Virus record (IMG/VR): IMGVR_UViG_3300027804_000001
Coordinates: 256,001-320,000 of that record
DNA: 64,000 nucleotides
Reading direction: 5' to 3' (one strand)
From: a virus
Lineage: Duplodnaviria; Caudoviricetes
Of this stretch, positions 50,881 to 59,297 are shown in pieces (within the stretch, counting starts at the first letter, position 1; the number at the start of each line of letters is the position of its first letter). The notes beneath the pieces are model-generated. The model made no database searches, was not told the origin of the DNA, and saw only the letters and a program-made list of their open reading frames with translations. A program made the translations under genes and the position numbers.

Positions 50881-53800
50881 GGTTTATAATAGTTTAATTT
50901 GTTTCCAGAAACAGGAACCCCGTTTTTAGATTTTAATTTTTTTAATTCAGTTATAACATTTGAATCTGTTATTACATCTTCAGTAAATGTATAAGACAAT
51001 TCTTTTTCACTCTTTCTCTTTTTAAGTTTTTTAAACTTAAATTTTTTGTCTTTTATTGGGTTACTAATAAATGAATTAAACTTTCTTTCAATTTTTTGTA
51101 CCGTATTTTCATCAAAAATTGTGGTATCCACCTTAAATACATCTTTAAAACTAGTCTTATCCGTTTCTTTTAATAATACAGATAAAAACTCAGAAAGTGT
51201 ATTGGTTGTTACTGTTGGTGAATTAAAATTGATGGATGTGTCTAAATCATCGTATAATTTACTATCATTTTTAGTGATATGGTCTATACAATTCTCATAT
51301 TCTTCATATAATAAATCTCTAGTAAAACCGGATAATACCGCTTTGGTTGCGGTTGTTCCACTAATTTTTGCGTCATATTCATGTTTAACCACAAAATTTA
51401 GGTTATCCAAATTTTTAATCAATTCATTTCTAACGGTTATTAGACTATCAATTTTTTTATCATCAACAATTGATTTCATTTTAGCTTCTATAAATGATTT
51501 AAAATATGGTTGTAAAAGTTCATTTGCTTTGTTTTGTTTTGGTACAGATAATACATCATCTAATGATAACATCTGAGATAAATTAGAAGTTGATAATGTT
51601 TTTAACATTTTATCTTTTAATAAATTAACATAAAATGGAAGTGTTCTGTTTTTTTGATATTCACCAAATAATAATATTGTTCCTGTAGTGTTGTTACCAT
51701 CATAATATTCATATGTTTTAATATCTCTATAGTTTGGATGTAAAATCATTGATGATATTGATGGTCCATATTCTTTTACTGTTATGTTGTAATAAGAAAC
51801 ATAACTATCGAAATAATTTTCTGTATTTTTATAAATGTCTTCAATAAGTGGTTTATCATAAACCAATGATTTATCTTTTAAGGTACCACAGTATTCACCC
51901 TCGTTAAGTTCATTTCCTTTATTATTATTTGTGGAATCTTCTGGCTTAACGTCTTTTACATTTAAACTCTCTAAGAATTGTTTTGTAAAGTCTTTTGCAT
52001 CCATTCCACCAATTTTCAAACCATCAGATTGTATTGACCTTTCGTCATACATTTCTGTATTAGCGTAGAAATTAGAAGAAAGTGCGTTTTGTAATCTTTC
52101 AACAGGTTTTGATAATCCTTGACCACCGATAAAATTAACTTGTAACGAAACATTTGCAATCATTGGTTGTACACCTATTCCTTCAGGATTTAAATCCCAT
52201 ACATTTTCTTCAAATGTTATATTAACATCACGAATAATAATTTTTGAGTGGTAAAAATCACCAACTCTTAAAACACAAATAGGTGGTGGACCAAATGAAG
52301 TATTTCTTGCATTTAAATCCGCCAAATCACTAATACCTTTTACAGGTATAGTGTCACCTGGTCTAATACATTGTTGTAAAAAAGTTAATCTTGAGTTTAG
52401 ACCTTCGGGTGTTGTTGAGTGAAACGCCGGATGGAAATATTTTAATTTATCTTTTAAAGTTTTAAACACAACTGGATCGTTTTCCTCCAATTTTTGGAAA
52501 TAATAACATTCACTAAGAGTTTTCATTATAATTCTCTTCATGATGTCTACTGGTGGTTTATTTGGTTTAAATACATTATCTTCAACAGGGACCAACTTAG
52601 ATGTAATATTTGGATCCTCTGTTGGTTTTTGTGGATCTTGTTTTTGTTTTTTAGTGTATGATAATTTAAATGTTGATTGTCTACATCCAAATGCAACGGG
52701 TGCGGAAACTCTTAATGAATTTGCACCTGAAACATATTTGAAGTTTTGTTCCGAACAATTTTTATTCTTTTCATTTACAAATTCTTCTCCCGCACTAATT
52801 GTTGTTAATTTTAATTTACCTTCAAATTCAGTATATCCAAGTTCCTTTAATGTTATTTCTAATTTAATATCTGTTTTACTATCTTTAGAACCAGTAAATG
52901 AACTTGGCCATTTACTATCTAATAAACTTTTTACATTAGTTCCGTCTTTTTTAATTCTATCTAAAACATCCAATAAAATACTATAAGTTCTTCTTATTGA
53001 TAATTTCCAGTTGTATTCATTATCTGCTAATGCGGAACATGATGAGATTATACCAACAATAATGTCGGTTACAACACCACCTTCTATATCTGTCTTTAAT
53101 GTTGTTAATTGTGTACCATATGTTGAATAATCTGTCCTTCCTTCTGTTACTTCTTTTACTAAATCATTTTGAGTTAAAGTAATATAGTTTGTAGTTTCTC
53201 CTGTGGGTATATCTTTTCCGTATAAAACTTTTTTATCGTTTATTGCATTTGATGTTTTGTATGTTGTTGTACCCGAAAGAATTTCATTTAATATTGAAGT
53301 TAAATTACTGTTTGTCTCACCAGTCCACGTATCTGAACCAATATGTCTAGTATATAAATCAGAATATTTTGTTCCTTTATATTCACCTTCAGTTTTCTTT
53401 GGCCAGTCGTTTGCAAAATTTAAACTTATCGAAGGAAGTTTTTCTTCTTTAGTTAAATCTTTATTAACAGGTGGTTCTTTTTTAACAACATCTGTTGTTG
53501 TTACACTTTTAAATTTCTTTATAGTTGTTACGTCGATTTTTTTATTTAAAAAGTCAGTAATTAATTTTGCATCATCTGGTGTTATTGTTGCATATCTTCT
53601 AATTAAATCATAAAAATCTATTTCTTCACAACCAGCAAAAAACGAATTAATATAATTTTCAGATTCTTCATCTGACATACCTTTAAAGTGTTCTCTCACC
53701 AATAAATTTAATATACTTGGGTGGTCAACAACAACTTTAAATGAAATCTGTCCACTTCTTTCAGTATTCTGATATGTGTATATTGGTTCAGGTCTTCCTA

Positions 53801-55598
53801 AAAAATTATTTGATTCCCATTTTGCACTATTTTGTTCACTTACTTTTAAATCATATGGTGGGAACCACATAACACGACCACCGTTATTACCTCTTTCACA
53901 ATATGGTAAATCATTAACAGTAAATCCTTGTAGGTTGGAAGATTTCCAAGCTAAGTTCTCAATTGAAAACATGTATTTCTTAGCATAAAATCCATCACCC
54001 TTTGGTAGTATGTTTGTTGAACCATTGAAATCTCTACCTCCGTTTGATATTGGTGCAATATTTAAATTCCACGGTTTATCTAATATACTATCATCATATT
54101 TTCTAACGTTTTGTTGTCTTTTCATTGTATCTGAATAATTCAGATATGATCTATCCTTTGTCCAAACCCTACAATATTCAACACCACTTTCCGCACCGTA
54201 CTTATCAACATATTGTACCGCAGAACCTCTACTTATCATTACTCCACCCTCTCTAAAAATTCTACTTGTTTGGTCAATTACATTTGCAACATGTGAACGA
54301 GCATCACCACCATTAGTCGGCATTGAATCAAGAATATCTTGAGTATAACCTAAAATAGATGTATCTCTAAATTCATATGATGTGGATGTTGAATCATCAA
54401 AATCAGATTTTTGATATTCCCATTCTTGGTTATTTACACCAAGTTTATTTCTTGAGTTTCTGCTAATCCAAGTTAATTTACCTGTTATACTTCCACCTTC
54501 TGAATAATTTCTTTTTCTTGTAAATAATTCTGTTTGAACAGGGTCAAACATTAAACTTAAATAATAGTTACTTCTTACAGGTCTATCATTAAAATCATTC
54601 ATTGCATATTTTACATCATTACCTCTATCGTCACCGATATATGCAACTCCTCTTGGTGCTTCGGTACCTAAAATATTTTTTACACCTTGTGCTATATTAT
54701 CTACAAAATTGAAAATCTTAGATGAGTTTTGTGATCTTGCTGTTGTGGTATAATTTGGAGCATAGGTTGAATACGATAGTAAATCATACAATTGATTCTT
54801 TTGACCATCTCCCATGTATTCTATTAATAAATCAGATGGTTTTCTTGATAATTTTGGTCTTCTCTTTATACCCAATAATGATCCAAGTACTCCTGTTATA
54901 TCTTGGAATACTTTACCAAATTCTGTATTAGGAACAGGTCTTGTACTTGTTGGATTTAATGGGTTGGTTAAATAATCACCAGGTATTTCCGAGAACGGAA
55001 ACTCAACACCTGAAGCCACCTGTAAAAAATCAATTGCTTTACCCGGTAATGATTTTGCAACTGTGATATGGTAGTTTGGTGCCACAAGTGGTTCTCTACC
55101 TGTTATAATATTTGAAGCTGTTGCGGTATTTCCGTTTAATGCGTCTAATATTCTAACTCTACCATTTACTTCTCTTTCTATATTTTGTGAAATTCTCGAG
55201 TAAATAGGACCATTTGTGGTCATCAAGTACTTACCTGCAAACTTCATTAACTCAGATTCCGTATCTAAGTTTTTCTGATTAAAAACACTAATTAAATTAT
55301 GATTTTGTAGTTGGAAATATGGATATAGACTTAAATTGGCCTTTCTCGGTATTGTGTCTATATTTTCAGTTACACTAAATTCCGTTGGTTTATATACGTT
55401 ATTACTTTGTGGAAATGTCAACATTTGTGTTCTATTGTCCACAAGTGTACCTGTGTCCAAATTAGCACTATCACTTAAACTTTGAATAGGATAGTTACCA
55501 TTGGTAAATGTTTGAGGACCATTAGGTTGGTTCAAAGTCTTACCAATGATATAATCTCTAAATCTTTTGGTTGAATCAAAATCTAAGTATGTTGGCAT
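50877..55598 (-). CDS. Giant 1573-aa tube-initiator-like tail protein with OmpA-like insert
   Basis: WFPPYDL..SE..SAKW....LGRPEP.YTY..TER; P.C.LR.GD; YNWKLSIRR OmpA-like motif. Confidence 0.65.
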   Translation of the reverse strand: MPTYLDFDSTKRFRDYIIGKTLNQPNGPQTFTNGNYPIQSLSDSANLDTGTLVDNRTQMLTFPQSNNVYKPTEFSVTENIDTIPRKANLSLYPYFQLQNHNLISVFNQKNLDTESELMKFAGKYLMTTNGPIYSRISQNIEREVNGRVRILDALNGNTATASNIITGREPLVAPNYHITVAKSLPGKAIDFLQVASGVEFPFSEIPGDYLTNPLNPTSTRPVPNTEFGKVFQDITGVLGSLLGIKRRPKLSRKPSDLLIEYMGDGQKNQLYDLLSYSTYAPNYTTTARSQNSSKIFNFVDNIAQGVKNILGTEAPRGVAYIGDDRGNDVKYAMNDFNDRPVRSNYYLSLMFDPVQTELFTRKRNYSEGGSITGKLTWISRNSRNKLGVNNQEWEYQKSDFDDSTSTSYEFRDTSILGYTQDILDSMPTNGGDARSHVANVIDQTSRIFREGGVMISRGSAVQYVDKYGAESGVEYCRVWTKDRSYLNYSDTMKRQQNVRKYDDSILDKPWNLNIAPISNGGRDFNGSTNILPKGDGFYAKKYMFSIENLAWKSSNLQGFTVNDLPYCERGNNGGRVMWFPPYDLKVSEQNSAKWESNNFLGRPEPIYTYQNTERSGQISFKVVVDHPSILNLLVREHFKGMSDEESENYINSFFAGCEEIDFYDLIRRYATITPDDAKLITDFLNKKIDVTTIKKFKSVTTTDVVKKEPPVNKDLTKEEKLPSISLNFANDWPKKTEGEYKGTKYSDLYTRHIGSDTWTGETNSNLTSILNEILSGTTTYKTSNAINDKKVLYGKDIPTGETTNYITLTQNDLVKEVTEGRTDYSTYGTQLTTLKTDIEGGVVTDIIVGIISSCSALADNEYNWKLSIRRTYSILLDVLDRIKKDGTNVKSLLDSKWPSSFTGSKDSKTDIKLEITLKELGYTEFEGKLKLTTISAGEEFVNEKNKNCSEQNFKYVSGANSLRVSAPVAFGCRQSTFKLSYTKKQKQDPQKPTEDPNITSKLVPVEDNVFKPNKPPVDIMKRIIMKTLSECYYFQKLEENDPVVFKTLKDKLKYFHPAFHSTTPEGLNSRLTFLQQCIRPGDTIPVKGISDLADLNARNTSFGPPPICVLRVGDFYHSKIIIRDVNITFEENVWDLNPEGIGVQPMIANVSLQVNFIGGQGLSKPVERLQNALSSNFYANTEMYDERSIQSDGLKIGGMDAKDFTKQFLESLNVKDVKPEDSTNNNKGNELNEGEYCGTLKDKSLVYDKPLIEDIYKNTENYFDSYVSYYNITVKEYGPSISSMILHPNYRDIKTYEYYDGNNTTGTILLFGEYQKNRTLPFYVNLLKDKMLKTLSTSNLSQMLSLDDVLSVPKQNKANELLQPYFKSFIEAKMKSIVDDKKIDSLITVRNELIKNLDNLNFVVKHEYDAKISGTTATKAVLSGFTRDLLYEEYENCIDHITKNDSKLYDDLDTSINFNSPTVTTNTLSEFLSVLLKETDKTSFKDVFKVDTTIFDENTVQKIERKFNSFISNPIKDKKFKFKKLKKRKSEKELSYTFTEDVITDSNVITELKKLKSKNGVPVSGNKLNYYKP

Positions 55599-55643
55599 TA
55601 TGTTCTTTTATCTATAAATAGATAATTTGTAAAAATATATCAA

Positions 55644-57524
55644 TTAAACAGTAGCGTAATCTCTTGGGTTTGTTGGGTCAATATTATTCTGAACAACAGT
55701 GGTACCTTGATTACCATTTTTAATAATAACCGCAACATCTTTCATTATTCTTTCCATATCACTCGCTGAAACGGGGTTATTTTCTGTTGTTGATTTTTTT
55801 TCTTCCTCTTTTGGTTTATTATCAACATTTTTTGGTTTTTCAGGTGCTGCTTGAGCGGCACTTTTTACCTTTTCTTGTTCACTAAATTTGTTTCTTTCCG
55901 CATCCATTTGACCCTTAATACTAAGGGTATCCGATTTACCTGAAATATAATCATCCAATGCTTTATTGGTTAATTTAATATACTCATCTGCCTTAGCACC
56001 AAAACCTCTATATGTATTAGCAAATTCCACCTTTAACATGGCGGTAATTTCAGATAACAATAATGTTGATTTTTGAGTTTCTGTAAATTGATTTAATGCA
56101 ATATCTTTCGTATTTTGTTTTTCAAATAATGTCTGATTTTCTAATATTGCGTTTGCTGTTGCTTGGTCTAAATCTTCTAATGCTTGTGTTCTTTCTATAC
56201 CAAGTTTTTCAGCAATAGATGGAGGTACTTCAATAACCATTTTACCACCCGCACCCATTCTCGCTAAGTTTGTAATAAATTCTTGTTGTTTTTCGTCTAC
56301 AGTAATACCTGCGGTCATTAAATCTGCCGCTGCGGATGTTCTTTCGGCAGCAGCAATTGCACCTTTAGATAATTCTTGGTAACTTATACCTAATTCATTG
56401 GCCATTTGTTTTGCCCTTCTTAGGTTTACACCCGTAATTTCAAATCTTCCTTGTTCTGTATTATATGTTGCTAAAGATTTGGAGGCATCAATTAATGCAT
56501 CTTGTAAACCTTCTACGTTATTTGTAGCCATATACATCATTTGGAATGGGTCACCCAATGCACCAACTGCACCACCTAAAACTTGTAAATTTGCAGCCAA
56601 ATCAATTGCTTTTTCAGGGCTCATAACATCTTCCGCAATTTTAAATACGGAATCCATACTCATTCTAAATTCAGTTGCTTTACGAACCATTTCAGCTAAA
56701 CCTTGAACACCATTTTTAAAACCATATTCATTAATTTTTCCGAGATTCGCGGTCAACATTTCAGTTGTTTTTCTTGTATTAAGACCAAGTGTGAGTGCTG
56801 TTTTTCCTGCTTCATTAATATTCGTTAATGCCTTTTCCGCACCAACACCAATTAATTCAAAATTTCTAATAACTTCACCCATATTTTTTAAATCACCAAC
56901 AAACGCTCTTGACGTTTGGGACATGTCCTCTAGAAATTTTTCATTGTATGTAGTAAATCTTCCTGTTTGTTCTGTAAGTTCTATTGCCGTATCTGCCAGT
57001 TCATTGAATGAATATCCCATTCCTTGAACTTTATCGTATGCATTAACGATGTTATCCCTATATCCTCTAGATAATTCACCCGCAATACCAATTTGACCAT
57101 TTAATTTGTTTCTTAAGGATACCTCCTTCTCAACCATTTTAAAGGCTGCGTCCGCTAGTCCCGTTAATGAACTTGAAAAAATTTTACCGAATGCACCAGC
57201 AGCGTCTTTACTTTCATTAAAGGCTCTACCGACATTAGATAATGCATCTGTAATATCATTTGTACTAATTAGTTCTTGTGCAGCTTCACTACTGATTAAA
57301 CCGGCTCCAGTTGTGTATCCTTGTACACTACCTATTTTACTTAATGTACCTTTAGAACCCGTTTCATTTGGTACAGTTTCCTTTATTGGCCATTTTTTAT
57401 CAAGAAGTTTATAAAACTTATCTGAATCAAGTTGATTACCACCTGTAACATTTGCATTAAAACTTGCAACAGCTGTTGATCTATTACTTGAACTGTTAAT
57501 TATTGATTCTATGGTATCTGCCAT
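55644..57524 (-). CDS. Tape measure protein
   Basis: Helical Ala/Leu-rich 626 aa downstream of the tail chaperones. Confidence 0.8.
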   Translation of the reverse strand: MADTIESIINSSSNRSTAVASFNANVTGGNQLDSDKFYKLLDKKWPIKETVPNETGSKGTLSKIGSVQGYTTGAGLISSEAAQELISTNDITDALSNVGRAFNESKDAAGAFGKIFSSSLTGLADAAFKMVEKEVSLRNKLNGQIGIAGELSRGYRDNIVNAYDKVQGMGYSFNELADTAIELTEQTGRFTTYNEKFLEDMSQTSRAFVGDLKNMGEVIRNFELIGVGAEKALTNINEAGKTALTLGLNTRKTTEMLTANLGKINEYGFKNGVQGLAEMVRKATEFRMSMDSVFKIAEDVMSPEKAIDLAANLQVLGGAVGALGDPFQMMYMATNNVEGLQDALIDASKSLATYNTEQGRFEITGVNLRRAKQMANELGISYQELSKGAIAAAERTSAAADLMTAGITVDEKQQEFITNLARMGAGGKMVIEVPPSIAEKLGIERTQALEDLDQATANAILENQTLFEKQNTKDIALNQFTETQKSTLLLSEITAMLKVEFANTYRGFGAKADEYIKLTNKALDDYISGKSDTLSIKGQMDAERNKFSEQEKVKSAAQAAPEKPKNVDNKPKEEEKKSTTENNPVSASDMERIMKDVAVIIKNGNQGTTVVQNNIDPTNPRDYATV

Positions 57525-57535
57525 AACTATAAATA

Positions 57536-57718
57536 CTATTTAGAAGAGTTTTCCAACTCAACCATGTAATTGATGTAATATCTTCTTATATAGACAGGCA
57601 TATTGAGAATATCTCTATATGAGAATCCTCTTTTAACTAAGAATAAAATTTCGTCTAATTGACCTTTACTATAGTCCGTAGAAAGGGCGAAAAAACTCAA
57701 CCCCGAATCCAATTTCAA
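57536..57718 (-). CDS. Tail assembly chaperone second frame (gp51/GT-like), probably reached by frameshift
   Basis: GFSYRDILNMPVYIRRYY motif; no ATG start; overlaps the upstream gene in the +1 frame. Confidence 0.7.
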   Translation of the reverse strand: MKLDSGLSFFALSTDYSKGQLDEILFLVKRGFSYRDILNMPVYIRRYYINYMVELENSSK

Positions 57719-58418
57719 CGTGGATTGTGTCTCCTGACGGGGTAGTTACTTTTTTCTTTAAATCTAATGAAGGTTTATTTTCTCTTACAAATTTTCTAAA
57801 ATCTTGTGAATCTTTGATTGGTAAATTTTGTATAAAATTGTGAATGTTCATCATTTCTCTATTACCTGAAACCGATTTAATCATCATCTCAAGTTCTTTT
57901 GTTATAATTGGTGCTACACCATTCCCATTCCAACTTTTTTCTATTTCCTCTAATTCTTTTTGTTGTTTTCTTGTTAAGAATTTAAATGTAATATCTAATT
58001 TAGATTTTTCCATAAAATATTTAAATTCACCATTTTCATTTGGAATTAGTTTAAATTCTTTAACACTAACTTCACTCAAATCTACTTTAGTACTAAAAGT
58101 TTGATTTGTTTTTGGGTCATTAACAAAAACATTAAATTCAGGACCAAACGCGGTATTTCTTAAAAATATTAATATTGCTTGTCTATCTTCTTCAATTAAT
58201 TCGTCAATATTAATGTCTTTATCTAAAACTTTTCTTTTTAACAATTCATCAACAACAGTATTTGATTGAATTAAGTTTTGTGCAGATAAAATATTTTCAT
58301 CTGATGCAGTTAGGTATGCAACTCTAACTGATTTTTTTTGTGTTGTATAATAAATTCCTTTACTTGGTAATTCTACAACATCGTATGCAATTGTTGGGTC
58401 TATTGAAAATTGTTCCAT
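57669..58418 (-). CDS. Tail assembly chaperone / T4 gp26-like baseplate hub assembly protein
   Basis: VELPSKG, LTASDENIL, FLRNTAFG, VEFFRP; lies between tube and tape measure. Confidence 0.8.
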   Translation of the reverse strand: MEQFSIDPTIAYDVVELPSKGIYYTTQKKSVRVAYLTASDENILSAQNLIQSNTVVDELLKRKVLDKDINIDELIEEDRQAILIFLRNTAFGPEFNVFVNDPKTNQTFSTKVDLSEVSVKEFKLIPNENGEFKYFMEKSKLDITFKFLTRKQQKELEEIEKSWNGNGVAPIITKELEMMIKSVSGNREMMNIHNFIQNLPIKDSQDFRKFVRENKPSLDLKKKVTTPSGDTIHVEIGFGVEFFRPFYGL

Positions 58419-58469
58419 AATTAAAATATATTAAATAACTATATCAATGTAAAGTTTTTAAAATAAAAA

Positions 58470-58493
58470 AAGGTATCCCTTTCGAGATACCTT
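58470..58493 (-). terminator. Intrinsic terminator after tail tube gene
   Basis: AAGGUAUCUC-GAAA-GGGAUACCUU then U tract. Confidence 0.85.
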
Positions 58494-58515
58494 CCTTGAC
58501 AGATTTTTTATTATG

Positions 58516-59004
58516 TTAATATACTTGAATACATCTATCCATTCTTAAAGAACAATCGATAGTTGCAATTGCATCGTTATTATAATCTAATTCATTGAAG
58601 TTCAAGTTTGTAATAAAACAACCTTGTAATATCCATTTTTCAACCACAACTCCTGTTGGGTCTAACATTTCCAGTTCTACATCTTTCTTATAACCAGCAG
58701 CATATCCCATTCTACCTGTTACTGATTCGGCATGTAAACGGAACCACTCCATTAATGCTTGAGACGCTGAAGGTCCAATTGGGTCTTTAAATTTAACTCT
58801 CATCTCTTCCCATGTAAATCTACCAGCTACATATGTTGATGTATTTAAAAACGGAATCTCAACTGAGTTAATTTTTGCACTAGGTCTCGCACCTGATGTT
58901 ACATACCATTCATTGATACCCAAAGATGATGGGAATCTAAAGATGAATCGGTTAACACGTTTCGGTTCATATGGAACCGGCATTTTCATTAATAAATCTG
59001 CCAT
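58516..59004 (-). CDS. Tail tube protein (gp19-like)
   Basis: EPKRVNRF, YVAGRFTW, ALMEW, LDPTG..VE.W.L.GC; follows sheath. Confidence 0.92.
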   Translation of the reverse strand: MADLLMKMPVPYEPKRVNRFIFRFPSSLGINEWYVTSGARPSAKINSVEIPFLNTSTYVAGRFTWEEMRVKFKDPIGPSASQALMEWFRLHAESVTGRMGYAAGYKKDVELEMLDPTGVVVEKWILQGCFITNLNFNELDYNNDAIATIDCSLRMDRCIQVY

Positions 59005-59111
59005 TTTGTATTTGTTAAGTTTTAGTTTATCTTTCTTATAAATATATTCAAATCGAGAAATATTTTATTTTACCAAATACTTGATTTTATCAAAAAAATA
59101 TGTTAGTTTTT

Positions 59112-59218
59112 TACTAGTCCCAGTATCCAGTTCTAGAATATTTCTTTATTATTTAATAAATACTAGCATATCTAGTTCCAGAATACTGGGTTGAGTATAA
59201 AAGTATAAAGATTATAAA
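59112..59218. repeat. Origin-like cluster of direct and inverted repeats
   Basis: IR CCCAGTAT 59119-26 / ATACTGGG 59183-90; 12/14 DR at 59127-40 / 59172-85; four CTAG; three A(G/T)TATAAA units at 59194-59218. Confidence 0.6.
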
Positions 59219-59222
59219 AAAT

Positions 59223-59247
59223 GGTTCCCCGTGGAACATGTGGAACA
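59223..59247. promoter_or_regulatory. parS-like palindrome plus an extra half-site
   Basis: GGTTCCCCGTGGAACA = 14/16 to TGTTCCACGTGGAACA, followed by TGTGGAACA. Confidence 0.5.
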
Positions 59248-59251
59248 ATAA

Positions 59252-59278
59252 AAAAGGGAATCCAATGGACTCCCTTTT
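59252..59278 (-). terminator. Intrinsic terminator after sheath gene
   Basis: AAAAGGGAGUCC-AUU-GGAUUCCCUUUU. Confidence 0.8.
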
Positions 59279-59297
59279 ATTTTTACTTTTATTATTA

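Noticed and set aside
57681-57687. Canonical -1 slippery heptamer C_CCU_UUC in the tail chaperone
   Set aside because: The -1 frame stops after about 10 codons (PFLRTIVKVN*); only the +1/-2 frame is productive
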